Part shown: positions 25,755-36,051 of the stretch, one piece after another
How positions within the stretch are numbered: position 1 is the first letter of the stretch
Layout: the number at the start of each line of letters is the position of its first letter
Virus record (IMG/VR): IMGVR_UViG_3300036886_000243
Span: 27,509 to 91,508 of that record
DNA length: 64,000 nt
From: a virus
Strand: one strand, 5' to 3'
Translations under genes and position numbers: made by a program
The notes under the pieces: model-generated
What the model was told of the DNA's origin: nothing
What the model saw: only the letters and a program-made list of their open reading frames with translations
Databases searched by the model: none

Positions 25755-26147
25755 ATGAAAGTATTTGTTTTAGAAGATGACGAGAATAGACTATCAGTGT
25801 TCCACAGAGAAATTCCAAGAATTTTTCCAAATTGTGAATATTATTTTTCAATAAGCGCTTCAGGCGCTAAGGCTATTTTGGCTCAACATAAAGTGTTTGA
25901 CTTGATTTGTCTTGATCACGACTTAGGCGGTCAAATCTTCGTAAATTCTTCAATGGAGAATACAGGATATCAGGTAGCTAAGTTCATACGGCAAAACGGC
26001 ATAAAAAGCCGATTTCTTATTTGCCATAGTTTAAATCCTGTAGGAACAGAGAATATTGTAAACGTTTTCCCAGGATGCTTCCGTGTACCATTTCCAACTT
26101 TAATGTCTTACTTACGCTTGTTAGCACAGGAGCTTAAAAATGAATAA
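25755..26147 (+). CDS. stand-alone cyclic-phosphate-processing receiver (REC-like) domain
   Basis: VLEDD...LDHDLG...TGYQVA...HSLNPVG. Confidence 0.8.
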   Translation: MKVFVLEDDENRLSVFHREIPRIFPNCEYYFSISASGAKAILAQHKVFDLICLDHDLGGQIFVNSSMENTGYQVAKFIRQNGIKSRFLICHSLNPVGTENIVNVFPGCFRVPFPTLMSYLRLLAQELKNE

Positions 26148-26391
26148 AAGCATAGAATACTATATGACTCTCAACTACGAAGTCAAGACTGAAAAGATAC
26201 CAACCGAAGAAGGTGGCGGATGGACTGCTTGGATTCCTTTGTTAGGTGAATATTTTTGCGTAGGTGATGGCGATACCGAGGAAGAGGCAATAAAGGATTT
26301 AATGAAGTGGAGGGCTGAGTGCTTCAAGATTCTCATTCAACAGGGAATACATATTCCTGAACCAGGGGGCAAAAATCTTGAAGATAATTAG
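26140..26391 (+). CDS. hicB: orphan HicB-like antitoxin
   Basis: EEGGGWTAWIPLL...GDGDTEEEAIKDL...IPEP; no hicA adjacent. Confidence 0.8.
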   Translation: MNKSIEYYMTLNYEVKTEKIPTEEGGGWTAWIPLLGEYFCVGDGDTEEEAIKDLMKWRAECFKILIQQGIHIPEPGGKNLEDN

Positions 26392-27094
26392 CGCGCATGA
26401 CACTAAGATCGCTCAATTAGATTGCTCGTGTTGCAGCGACAATGAACATATAATAATTACTAAAACTAAAAACTGGGACCCCATCTGGGATCCGGAAGAT
26501 TATTGTTTTACATTCGAATTTATAGACAAAGATGAATACAAATCTCTTTGGCAAAGAATTAAAAGGGCTGTCTGGTATTTAAAAACTAAAGAAGGTAATC
26601 AACAGAACAGTGTCATGGTAGAGATCAGGGAGTTGAAGGAATTCTATAAATTACTCTATGAAGAGTCAAAAACATTCTTGGACCCTTCTCAATATCTTTT
26701 GATAAACGAACCAGTACCACCAAAAATTCGCAAAGAGTATGGAAACTGGAAGCCAAACGATATGCCGCCGAAAATGTATGATGCTTACCTTTTTGAAACT
26801 GTAGATTTTGCTTTTGGTTTTTTTGGCGACGAAAGAGAAGGCTTATCGGCTGATCAAATGGACATTGATACTTTCATTTTTGATTTCAAGAAAGAAAAGT
26901 ATTCATGGGAACGCCAACAAATTTGGGGTTGGTTACGTTGGGGTTATAAGAGCGGCATTGAACACCATGAAATTTGCATCAATAAGTATCAACTGATCAA
27001 CTTATTAGCTGCAATGAGTTGGTGCATTAAAAGTCACAGAGAAGATGCTAAGGATAAATACGGTCCAAAATATATCCAGCTGGAGATACTATGA
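26378..27094 (+). CDS. hypothetical protein
   Basis: CSCC..EH; coupled ORF. Confidence 0.7.
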   Translation: MKIISAHDTKIAQLDCSCCSDNEHIIITKTKNWDPIWDPEDYCFTFEFIDKDEYKSLWQRIKRAVWYLKTKEGNQQNSVMVEIRELKEFYKLLYEESKTFLDPSQYLLINEPVPPKIRKEYGNWKPNDMPPKMYDAYLFETVDFAFGFFGDEREGLSADQMDIDTFIFDFKKEKYSWERQQIWGWLRWGYKSGIEHHEICINKYQLINLLAAMSWCIKSHREDAKDKYGPKYIQLEIL

Positions 27095-27375
27095 CGTTTG
27101 TAGAAAAATGTGTCAACGGATTGGTTAAGCTCGAGGAAGTTGACGACTATGTTGAAGAGTGGCATAGAAATTCTGAGCATCACCACGAGTCTTTAAGAGA
27201 GTTCTTAGGAATGACCCAGAAAGAATTTGGTCGTTGGCTCAGAGAAGCAGAAGCTTTGCGTGAAATAATAAAAGAACATAAAATTCGAGAGGAGCCGTAC
27301 TTAACGACGGAGCGAGGAAGAACAAGAGTAGACGGAATAACTCCCCTCGATAAAATTGGGGACAACCCCGACTAA
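27091..27375 (+). CDS. hypothetical protein
   Basis: DDYVEEWH...SLREFLGMT.KEF..W conserved-looking motif. Confidence 0.7.
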   Translation: MTFVEKCVNGLVKLEEVDDYVEEWHRNSEHHHESLREFLGMTQKEFGRWLREAEALREIIKEHKIREEPYLTTERGRTRVDGITPLDKIGDNPD

Positions 27376-27421
27376 ACGGAACTCATATAAATGATAATCT
27401 ACAGGAGGAAATATAGAAATT

Positions 27422-29226
27422 ATGGCACGAGTAATTGGAATTGATCTTGGAACCTCAAACTCAGCAGCAGCTGTTATGGAGGGTGATCGCCCGGTAATAA
27501 TCCCCTCAGCCGAAGGAGCCGGAGTTTCTTCAGGTAAGGCATTTCCATCATTTGTGGCCTTCACCAAAGAAGGAGATCGTTTAGTTGGTGAGCCCGCTAA
27601 AAGGCAGGCCGCCATTAACCCAGATGGTACTATTTACGCTGCAAAGCGAAAGATGGGAAGTGATCATAAGTTTAAAGTTTTTGGTAAAGATTATAGCCCT
27701 CAGCAAATCTCGGCGAAAGTGTTGAGGAAGTAGTCATTACATGCCCAGCTTACTTTGACGACAATCAACGTACAGCTACTAAAGACGCAGGCGAAATAGC
27801 CGGCCTGAAAGTTCTCCGTATTATTAATGAGCCCACTGCAGCGTGCCTTGCTTACGGTCTAGAAAAAGCAGGCAAAGAGCTTAAGATCCTCGTCTTTGAT
27901 TTTGGTGGTGGAACTCTTGACGTCACCATTATGGAGATGTGGAAAGAAGGCGGCTTCAAGGTCATTTCCACTAGCGGCGACACCCAACTAGGTGGTACCG
28001 ATATGGACAACGTTTTTGTAGATTACGTTGAAAAAGAATTCATGCGACAGACTGGTATCGATCTCAAAAAAGATACCATGGCTACACAACGAGTAAGAGA
28101 AGCAGTAGAGAAAGCCAAGGTAGAACTTTCTAGTACTCTCACTACCGACATTAGTCTACCTTTCATTACAGCCGACAATACTGGCCCTAAGCACCTTACA
28201 ATGAACATAAACAGAGCAAAGCTTGATGAACTCATTGAGCCCATTGTGCAACGCTGTAGGGCACCGCTAATGACTGCTTTACGTGATGCAAGGGCCGCCT
28301 TCCAAAAAGATGGTGCTCAATTCAGCGAAAATGGTGCCGAGATTGACAAAATTATCATGGTAGGTGGTCCCACTCGTATGCCAATCGTTCAGAAGTTTGT
28401 CGAGGACTTCTTCGGCAAGAAAATTGAACGCGGCGTAGACCCAATGGAATGTGTAGCACTAGGCGCAGCTGTTCAGGCTGCCATTATCAAAGGCGACGTC
28501 AAGGATATTCTACTTCTCGATGTTACCCCACTTTCACTTGGTATTGAAACACTGGGCGCCGTAAACACTAAGCTCATTGATCGCAATACTACAATTCCCA
28601 CACGAAAGAGCCAGATATTTTCTACTGCAGCTGAAAATCAAACAGAAGTTACTGTTCGAGTGCTTCAAGGCGAGCGTCAAATGGCTAACGACAACGTAGA
28701 GCTTGGTCGATTCAATCTGGTAGGTATCCCAGCAGCTCCGCGAGGCGTCCCTCAAATTGAAGTAGCCTTTGACATAGATGCTAACGGTATTGTAAGCGTT
28801 ACAGCTAAAGATCTTGGTACCAACAAGCAACAGTCTATCAAGATCACTGCACCAAAAAAGCTCTCCAAGGAAGAAATTGAGAAGATGGTTCGGCAAGCTG
28901 AACAATTTGCCTCAGATGATGCTAAGCGCAAAGAAGAAGTAGAGTCTACTAATCAAGCTGATGCCCTTGCCTACTCAGTAGAAAAATCACTTAAAGATTT
29001 CGGCGACAAAATAAGTCAGACTGAACGAGCCGACATTGAATCTAAGCTTAATGACTTAAAGACGGCTATCAAAGACAAGAATCTTGATAGGATCAAAAAG
29101 GCCTCAGAAGATTTGACTACAGCAGCGCATAAATTAGCTGAAGTAGTTTATCAGCAAAAACCTGGACAGCAACCAAAAAATAAGAAAGAGGGTGACGACG
29201 TTATAGACGCCGAGTTCCATGAATGA
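27422..29226 (+). pseudogene. dnaK: Hsp70 chaperone DnaK, frameshifted by an internal deletion at 27709-27714
   Basis: [47 protein letters not shown]; reading frame switches from PQQISA to [11 protein letters not shown] at the hexamer CTCGGC. Confidence 0.9.
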
Positions 29227-29669
29227 AATTGATGATAGTGGGTGAAAGTCCTAGTAAAACGCGGCCAGATGGAATGCAAGAGGTAGCGTTCTCTGGCCGC
29301 ACTTCCCATATTCTTTGGGATGAACTTGCAAAGTATGGTATCACTCGTGAGAACTGCTATGTCACAAATATCATCACAGATCATATTGAGTGGAAAAATA
29401 TAACTGATGAAATTGCCAAATGCAATCATGACCGACTTGAAAAAGAAATACAAGAACAGAAACCACACGTTATCTTAGCAGTTGGGGCTAAAGCACGCGA
29501 GTGGTTTGGTAGAGGAAAATCATATGATGGTTTCCTACTCCATAGCAAGCTTTACAATTGTTGGATAACAGCTTGCGTCCATCCAGCGGCCGTAGCCAGG
29601 AACCCACAACTGAAAAATGAATTCATAGATTGTATCTACGTTTTATCGGAGGTTCTAAACTTAGTATGA
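29223..29669 (+). CDS. uracil-DNA glycosylase superfamily protein (family 4-like)
   Basis: [28 protein letters not shown]. Confidence 0.85.
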   Translation: MKLMIVGESPSKTRPDGMQEVAFSGRTSHILWDELAKYGITRENCYVTNIITDHIEWKNITDEIAKCNHDRLEKEIQEQKPHVILAVGAKAREWFGRGKSYDGFLLHSKLYNCWITACVHPAAVARNPQLKNEFIDCIYVLSEVLNLV

Positions 29670-29670
29670 C

Positions 29671-29677
29671 AAGATAA
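29671..29677 (+). promoter_or_regulatory. AAGATAA putative late promoter
   Basis: Intergenic before ATG 29697. Confidence 0.6.
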
Positions 29678-29696
29678 TTAGTGAAGGTATCTAACT

Positions 29697-29960
29697 ATGA
29701 ACTTACAAGAATTCATGCTTGAATTAGCAGGCAGCAAAGGTGATACTATAAAACTTGATGAATTATTAACATCAAAGGTAGAAGGCATCCAAGTAGTTGA
29801 AGATATGGATGATGGAATTAGGCTCTTAGTTGAAGAGCCAAAAAACATAACAACTATAAAAGAAAGAATAGTAGAAGTCTTAGATAAAGCTGGTTATGAT
29901 GAATACAAAATTACTATAGAAAAGGATGGGCCAGTTAGGCATATTTTTATAGAAGTATAG
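29697..29960 (+). CDS. putative internal head protein (MNLQEFMLE)
   Basis: N-terminus resembles T4 capsid targeting sequence. Confidence 0.6.
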   Translation: MNLQEFMLELAGSKGDTIKLDELLTSKVEGIQVVEDMDDGIRLLVEEPKNITTIKERIVEVLDKAGYDEYKITIEKDGPVRHIFIEV

Positions 29961-29974
29961 AGGTCCAAAATAAT

Positions 29975-30433
29975 ATGAAGTTGAGTAAGCTATTAAGTAA
30001 TGTCTTAGACGGACAAAAATTAGTCGACAATCTACCCGATAAAAATGAAGAAGCAAAACCTCCAGTACAAGAAGAGGAGATAATAACAAAGAAATCCAAG
30101 ACAATAGAAACACCATCTGAACTTGAGCCTAAAGTAAAAGCTAAATCAACTAAAGTGAAGAAAACACCTGCTCCTGTTGCTGCACCAGTACCAGAACTTC
30201 CTACGCCAATTACGCCTGAAGCTAAACAGAAACATGATGAAGAAATTGCTGCAAAGATTAAAGCTCAGATTAAGAAGTCAACTAAGCCGGTAGAGCCGCC
30301 TGCCAGAACTATGAGCGTACCCGATTTTGCAAAGATAAGAGAGTTGACAAAGCAAGCTAAAAAGCCCGCTCCTCCTGTACAAGAAACTGCTGTTGAAAAA
30401 ACACCAATTAAAACAGACACTCCAAAAACTTAA
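29975..30433 (+). CDS. Lys/Pro-rich low-complexity protein (MKLSKLLSNVLD)
   Basis: GAGG RBS. Confidence 0.7.
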   Translation: MKLSKLLSNVLDGQKLVDNLPDKNEEAKPPVQEEEIITKKSKTIETPSELEPKVKAKSTKVKKTPAPVAAPVPELPTPITPEAKQKHDEEIAAKIKAQIKKSTKPVEPPARTMSVPDFAKIRELTKQAKKPAPPVQETAVEKTPIKTDTPKT

Positions 30434-30941
30434 TATAGCTTTATATGACAAACAAGAGGAAAGGGTTCTTGAAAATGGCATATTTGAATTAACTGAGTTC
30501 ATTGAAGACAATATAACCGAAGAAGAGCTAATAAAACAGTTTGAGTTAATAAGATTCAAAAATCTCATCCAAGATTTTGAAACCAAAGATCCGAAAGAAT
30601 TTTATCGCCAACACAAAAGAACATTAGAGACAGACAAAGCCAAACAGATTGTTTTTTGTAAAGAGTTTGTGATTAATGATTTCACAGCCTTTAAAAAAAG
30701 CTTAGTAGAGGTGTATCCTGATGCTTTTTATGATGAGAGTCTAAGACACTTAATTTTAGAAGAACAGGATAACAGATGCCGCTTATGTCACAAGGATATT
30801 TCTTGGAGTGAGCCGCATTTACACCACGTGAATTACAACAAGCAAGACTGTGAAAGAAAGAATCTAGTTTTCTTATGCCCGCGGTGTCATAGTAAAACGA
30901 ACCGTAACAGAGAATACTGGATGAGTGTGTTAATATCTTAA
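30393..30941 (+). CDS. HNH endonuclease
   Basis: CRLC...LHHVNYNK....NLVFLCPRCH. Confidence 0.8.
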   Translation: MKKHQLKQTLQKLNIALYDKQEERVLENGIFELTEFIEDNITEEELIKQFELIRFKNLIQDFETKDPKEFYRQHKRTLETDKAKQIVFCKEFVINDFTAFKKSLVEVYPDAFYDESLRHLILEEQDNRCRLCHKDISWSEPHLHHVNYNKQDCERKNLVFLCPRCHSKTNRNREYWMSVLIS

Positions 30942-30956
30942 AATGTTGGAGTCAAT

Positions 30957-31910
30957 ATGTCTCTCGTTTGTATTTTGGATAAGACAACTAAAAATGAAAA
31001 GAGTGTTGAGTTAATAAAATCTAACGATATAGTCATTTTCATTTGTGATATTTGTTTTCGCAAATCCCAACGACAATATAGAAAAACTAAATATGGCTTG
31101 AAGCCTACTTGTCAAGAGTGTCTGACTAAACAAAAGTGGTTAAACAACTACAGTGTAGATAATCCATTCAAATATGGACCCATAATAGAGCGAGTTAAAA
31201 AAGCCGATAGATCTGAAAAAGTCCAACAAAAGAAGAGACTAACCTGTTTAAAGAAATATGGTGTAGACAATGTAAATAAGCTCAGCTCGACAAGAAGCAA
31301 AATAGATCGAACTAATTTAAAGAAATACGGCTCGAAGTTTCCTACACAGACGGATGCAATAAAAAATAGAACAAAACAAACTTGCTTAAAAAAGTATGGT
31401 GTTGAAAGCCATAACCAAGTTGAGTCAGTAAAAGTCACCAAACAAAAGGTTTGTTTAGAAAAATATGGCGTAGATAACGTAAGTCAAATTAGTGCAGTAA
31501 AAAATAAGAAATACCTAACTCATAAAAAGAATAATAGTTTCAATATATCTAAACCAGAAAGAGTCGCTGAATCAGCTTTGAGAGCTATATGTTCAGATTT
31601 GATTTGCCAACACAAGGAAGATAGATATCCATTTTCTTGTGATTTTTATTCTCCGACCAAAGATTTATTTATAGAATGTAATTTTCATTGGGCACACGGT
31701 AAAAAACCATTTGATTCCAACGATATGATCGACCTAGCAAAGTTAGGATATTGGCAAGAAAAATCTAAGAATTCTAAGTTCTATAAGCACGCTATAAAAA
31801 CTTGGACAGTAAGTGATCTAGAAAAAAGAAATATCGCTGCTAAGAATAATCTCAACTATTTGGTATTTTGGTCTTTGAAAGATTTATTAAAGTACTGCGA
31901 GGTAAAATGA
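30957..31910 (+). CDS. putative homing endonuclease: CLKKYGV repeats plus PD-(D/E)xK/Vsr-like nuclease
   Basis: Four or five (C/N)LKKYG repeats; SKPE...CDFY...FIECN..WAHG. Confidence 0.75.
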   Translation: MSLVCILDKTTKNEKSVELIKSNDIVIFICDICFRKSQRQYRKTKYGLKPTCQECLTKQKWLNNYSVDNPFKYGPIIERVKKADRSEKVQQKKRLTCLKKYGVDNVNKLSSTRSKIDRTNLKKYGSKFPTQTDAIKNRTKQTCLKKYGVESHNQVESVKVTKQKVCLEKYGVDNVSQISAVKNKKYLTHKKNNSFNISKPERVAESALRAICSDLICQHKEDRYPFSCDFYSPTKDLFIECNFHWAHGKKPFDSNDMIDLAKLGYWQEKSKNSKFYKHAIKTWTVSDLEKRNIAAKNNLNYLVFWSLKDLLKYCEVK

Positions 31911-32782
31911 ATAAACATGTTGTTTCTACAAATGAAAATATAAATTGGCCCAGAGGGTTTACAATTTTAGATAATCGGATCCATGATGAGCTTCAAAGAT
32001 ATCTTAGGCCGTCTTCGTTTTGTATCTGGTGCCAATATCTTAGGTTTTGGGGTAGTGATAAAAAGAAAGCTTATCCAAGTTTATCCTATTTAAGTAATGT
32101 GACTGGTCTCGCTGAAAGAACAATCCGTAGTTGTAATACGGAACTTGTCGATAAGAAATTCCTAAAAAAGAAATCGGGTAGTTCTAACTCTTCAAATATT
32201 TACTACTATGTTCCTATTGATAAGATTCTTAAATACTACAAAGATGGGACTGAACCAGAAGCTGATAAAGAGAGCGTAAGTGAAACACAAGATATCAATG
32301 ACCTCTTGAAAGATGTAGCCAAAGGTAATCAAATATCAGCAGCATTATTCATAAAAGATTTTGAAGATGGTCATGGTGGACAATACAACCTTAACGACAA
32401 GGATATAGAGGCTCTTAACCAAAATTCAACTCAGCTAAGTCCTAAGCTTATAGACATTTTCTTCAAGACTAAGAACCCTTATATCGCAAACTCCGATCAC
32501 ACCATGTATTTCTTTTTCCGTCCGAAGACACAACAAGTATTAAAAGCTGAGTTTTTTAAGAGCGACATAGGACGCTGGACTAATCAAGCTGAAAGAGCAT
32601 GGGCTGGTATAATGCCAGTCCTAAGTAATCCACAGACACCTGAGCTCAAGACTACAATTCTCAATGATCTAAATACTTTCATTAAAACTTACGTAAAATT
32701 CAATCGCGGCAATTCAAGTAGAGATGCCTTTGTTTACAAATACTTAGAGCAAAAGATTGAGGCCTTCTTGAAAGATAAATAG
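31907..32782 (+). CDS. winged-HTH replication-initiator-like protein
   Basis: AYPSLSYLSNVTGLAERTIRSCNTELVDKKFL...SNIY. Confidence 0.7.
   Translation: MNKHVVSTNENINWPRGFTILDNRIHDELQRYLRPSSFCIWCQYLRFWGSDKKKAYPSLSYLSNVTGLAERTIRSCNTELVDKKFLKKKSGSSNSSNIYYYVPIDKILKYYKDGTEPEADKESVSETQDINDLLKDVAKGNQISAALFIKDFEDGHGGQYNLNDKDIEALNQNSTQLSPKLIDIFFKTKNPYIANSDHTMYFFFRPKTQQVLKAEFFKSDIGRWTNQAERAWAGIMPVLSNPQTPELKTTILNDLNTFIKTYVKFNRGNSSRDAFVYKYLEQKIEAFLKDK
32772..32778 (+). promoter_or_regulatory. AAGATAA putative late promoter
   Basis: 7 nt before ATG 32786; overlaps end of upstream gene. Confidence 0.4.
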
Positions 32783-32785
32783 ACT

Positions 32786-33019
32786 ATGATCTTATATCGT
32801 TCTTCTAAAGGAGCTGTGCCTGGGGCATGGTTTATACCTATTTCTCGGCAAGGTAATTGGTACTCTTGGCTATCAATCACTAAGCGCGACGAACTCTTCC
32901 TAGAAGAAATTAAAATTAACGGTTCTCATATATCAGGCGGCAACTCAGCAACTAAAGGTGACTTGAGACGTCTCGTCAGATATCTTTTTTATTTGGATTT
33001 GAAGTATGAAGCAACTTAA
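32786..33019 (+). CDS. C-terminal helix family protein (RRLVRYLF)
   Basis: Motif near C-terminus. Confidence 0.65.
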   Translation: MILYRSSKGAVPGAWFIPISRQGNWYSWLSITKRDELFLEEIKINGSHISGGNSATKGDLRRLVRYLFYLDLKYEAT

Positions 33020-33293
33020 AGTTGGTGATAAAGTTTGGTGGGCGTGGTTTAAATATGGAGATAATGTCTTTGGCCGCGTTGAGATATTCGACTTCGCTAA
33101 AGATGTATCACCGACTCACTACATATTGAAACCAATCAAAATCTATTTTGACGAAGCTTTTTCTGCTGAGAATGGCGTTCCTTTAAAGGGCGTCGCTATA
33201 GAACGTAAGCACTTATTCACTGATGAAGAGTTCAATCACCTCAAAGCAAAACCTCATCTCATTATATCTATTTTTCATTACAGATGGGATTAA
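33006..33293 (+). CDS. C-terminal helix family protein (KPHLIISIF), LKVGDKV SH3/KOW-like start
   Basis: Motif near C-terminus. Confidence 0.7.
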   Translation: MKQLKVGDKVWWAWFKYGDNVFGRVEIFDFAKDVSPTHYILKPIKIYFDEAFSAENGVPLKGVAIERKHLFTDEEFNHLKAKPHLIISIFHYRWD

Positions 33294-33296
33294 CAC

Positions 33297-33420
33297 AAGA
33301 TAACTACAAAAGAGCCGCAAGGCATCAACGACGCTTGCGGCTTATAACAGATTAAGGAAAGAGCCTAAAAAGACCCTTTAGAAAGAAATATGCGAATGGC
33401 TCTTAATTTAGGGGTATATT
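33297..33420 (+). promoter_or_regulatory. AAGATAA promoter followed by a ~115-nt structured leader
   Basis: Stem AGCCGCAAG(33313-21)/CTTGCGGCT(33334-42); AAGAGCC/GGCTCTT; CCTAAA/TTTAGG overlapping the RBS. Confidence 0.55.
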
Positions 33421-33723
33421 ATGGACGATATGGAGAATCCAGATAGCGGCAAAAGTAACAACAGTAAGGAAAACATTGCATGGTACGAAGCTGCTAGCAA
33501 AGGTAGGTTGCCCAGGGGAATAGACTTGATAAAGGAATATTCCAATGGCGGATGGGAAATTGTTATGGACGGCGAAATCAAGGAGATGAAGCCTTGTGAA
33601 ATAATAGATGAACTATTGAATAGGTTCTGTAAAACGATACCACACGAACCAGGAGTGGGTGAATCTTTGGAAACCCTTAACGATTTTCTGACTGAAGAAG
33701 TAAAGTCTTATAAGAAGAGGTAA
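33421..33723 (+). CDS. hypothetical acidic protein
   Basis: AGGGGT RBS. Confidence 0.7.
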   Translation: MDDMENPDSGKSNNSKENIAWYEAASKGRLPRGIDLIKEYSNGGWEIVMDGEIKEMKPCEIIDELLNRFCKTIPHEPGVGESLETLNDFLTEEVKSYKKR

Positions 33724-33726
33724 ATT

Positions 33727-33891
33727 ATGTTGGACGAAAAGAAACGCGAACCCTATCTCCAAGCAGGAGAGGGCGACGACGAAATGGCTGACACTACTTT
33801 CAAGAAGAAGAAGAACTGGCAAAAGTTCTGGAAAACATCGAAGAAAGAGTTAAGCGGTGGACGTAAGAACAAGAAAAAAACTAACCGTTAA
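33727..33891 (+). CDS. small basic protein (54 aa, MLDEKK)
   Basis: Not in track; GAGGT RBS. Confidence 0.55.
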   Translation: MLDEKKREPYLQAGEGDDEMADTTFKKKKNWQKFWKTSKKELSGGRKNKKKTNR

Positions 33892-34225
33892 ATACGTATT
33901 CATATTCCCCCAGCAGACTATACTGCCAGACCTATTTAAGAAAGGTGTTGAAGATATGCAAGACGTAGAGTATGGAGTAGAGTGGCCTGAAAGTTGGAAT
34001 GTAAAAGTAGAAAATATGGGCCGTGGCTATACTGGTCCCACTAACTACAAATTGCGATTAGTCGATAAAAACGAAGATCCTGGACCAGACGAAGAAGACC
34101 CATATGGCACAGCCACAAAATATACGTTTTTGATATGGTGCAATGAATCTAAATTGAAAGACGTAATTGATTTTCTGAAATACTTAGGTATGGGCCATAG
34201 CAACAATTTTTACAAGAGCATATAA
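33857..34225 (+). CDS. hypothetical protein
   Basis: ORF track. Confidence 0.65.
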   Translation: MDVRTRKKLTVKYVFIFPQQTILPDLFKKGVEDMQDVEYGVEWPESWNVKVENMGRGYTGPTNYKLRLVDKNEDPGPDEEDPYGTATKYTFLIWCNESKLKDVIDFLKYLGMGHSNNFYKSI

Positions 34226-34611
34226 TGAAGAAGAAAGCATTAAGAGTCAACATTTTAAAAGATCTTGGACTAGGTAGGATGAACAGAGTTTACAAAAAGA
34301 AAATATTCATTACTATCTTCAAGGATCTTAAAAGTGGTAAAGGCATGCTAGAACAATTTAATAAAACTGGTTTACTTGTTGCCTATAGCCTTAGAAGCAA
34401 AGTGCTTTTAGAAAAGATAAATACTTGGCTCAGATCTAAAGACAAATATATAGACATCGTAGATAAAACTATTTATGTAGAATTCTTGGATGATGAAATA
34501 GAGATAAGTGGTAATTGGGATAATGAAAATTATGGACATAGTAATTTTTCAGTCTTTGCCGATTTATCTGGTAATTTAATTAACTTTGATATTGATGAAA
34601 GCACACATTAA
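34225..34611 (+). CDS. hypothetical protein
   Basis: TAATG-coupled. Confidence 0.65.
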   Translation: MKKKALRVNILKDLGLGRMNRVYKKKIFITIFKDLKSGKGMLEQFNKTGLLVAYSLRSKVLLEKINTWLRSKDKYIDIVDKTIYVEFLDDEIEISGNWDNENYGHSNFSVFADLSGNLINFDIDESTH

Positions 34612-34674
34612 AATGAAGAGAGAAGAAAAACTCATACTCGACCCAAAATCAAAATTAACTAATGGGCTAACGGG

Positions 34675-35823
34675 ATGAAGGAACTATTGAGTAATATACT
34701 TGATGAGGCTTTTGACGTTAAATCTAATTTGGGTCAGCTATTAGAAATCAAAGGTTCAAGCCTAGAAAAATTAGCCAAAACAGACGTCTTGCGAGTAATG
34801 ACTGATTTTCCAGTTGATATGGTTCGTATTTTATTTAACGCTTTAGAAGATGCTGATATAAAAATAAAGCCTTCAACTATAGAAGATTATGTTGGTAAAT
34901 TTGGTGAAAGCACTAAAGTTCCTTCATATAGTAAAAACCCATGGTTCGATACTAACAATAGAAATGAGTTTGAATTCGGAGATGAAAATTCTCTTGATAC
35001 TCGTGGTAAGCCAATTCGCATTAACATAGAGATAAAAATACAAGGGACTATAGCTCACTTTGGAATAGATGCCCATTTTCTTAGACGTATTAGTGTAGAC
35101 GAATCTAAACCAATAAGGCTAGCTAATTTATCTGCAAGTGATTTCGCCAAAGAGATTGCCAAGAAAACTAAAAGTTTAATGACTAAATTAGACCCAGATT
35201 GGGAAATTAGCATAAAGAGCGCAGAGCAAGCTATGAAGGATTTAGCTAAAGACAAACCTCCAATAGTTAATAAGTTGAAACCAATGGGTCAAGTTTATTT
35301 ACTATGGGTTGCTGGTGAAAAAGATAAAGAATCAAAAAATATAGATTTGGTTACTTTCTATCCAAGCTTTGCAAAATTTGGGATAGGTTGGCCAGATCAA
35401 AATCCAGATTGGGATGATATCAATAAAAACTGGGGCAGCTTTAGCAGCGATAGAAATAAATTCAGAAATTTTTCTTACAGCTTTCAAACTGAATTATTAC
35501 TTGAAGCAATACCCATAATTTTTAAACGGTTAAGAGAAAATAACTTGACAATTATGAGCGCGCATTTAGATTCAGAAAGTATGGGTATTTTAGTTGCAGC
35601 CGTTGACAGGAATGCTAAATTTCCAGCTAGATATCGAGTTGCAGAAGGCGAGCAAATAAAAAAGCCAACTTATGCTGACATAGAAGAAAGCAAAAGAAAA
35701 TTTATAATGGATCAAGCTCAAACTTTAAATGACAAAGCTATAAAAATGACTGTAGACGAATTTAGACATACAATAATTCAAAATGCTTTAGACCCGACAG
35801 TAAAGAAAGAACCTAAAAAGTAA
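34675..35823 (+). CDS. putative internal head protein (MKELLSNILDE)
   Basis: Capsid-targeting-like N-terminus ending in LDE. Confidence 0.7.
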   Translation: MKELLSNILDEAFDVKSNLGQLLEIKGSSLEKLAKTDVLRVMTDFPVDMVRILFNALEDADIKIKPSTIEDYVGKFGESTKVPSYSKNPWFDTNNRNEFEFGDENSLDTRGKPIRINIEIKIQGTIAHFGIDAHFLRRISVDESKPIRLANLSASDFAKEIAKKTKSLMTKLDPDWEISIKSAEQAMKDLAKDKPPIVNKLKPMGQVYLLWVAGEKDKESKNIDLVTFYPSFAKFGIGWPDQNPDWDDINKNWGSFSSDRNKFRNFSYSFQTELLLEAIPIIFKRLRENNLTIMSAHLDSESMGILVAAVDRNAKFPARYRVAEGEQIKKPTYADIEESKRKFIMDQAQTLNDKAIKMTVDEFRHTIIQNALDPTVKKEPKK

Positions 35824-36050
35824 TGACGACTAAATATAATGAAAGTGGCAATTTAGAGTCTTCACAGCGCTACATAATGTTGCATATTTTTGAGCCTGAT
35901 ATTTATGGTTTCGATGTCTCTTGGAAAGAAGGTTCAACGCATTACAAAATACAGGGCTGGCAGATTGGTGGCGAAGCGCATGGCCGTTTAAGTAAAGGTG
36001 AAATGGGAAGTGATTTTAAATTTTGGGGTGAAGTAATTAAGAGTTGGTGA
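35823..36050 (+). CDS. hypothetical protein
   Basis: TAATG-coupled. Confidence 0.6.
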   Translation: MTTKYNESGNLESSQRYIMLHIFEPDIYGFDVSWKEGSTHYKIQGWQIGGEAHGRLSKGEMGSDFKFWGEVIKSW

Positions 36051-36051
36051 A

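Noticed and set aside
27701-27733. Programmed -1 frameshift or intron in dnaK
   Set aside because: No slippery heptamer, and sequence is missing rather than inserted
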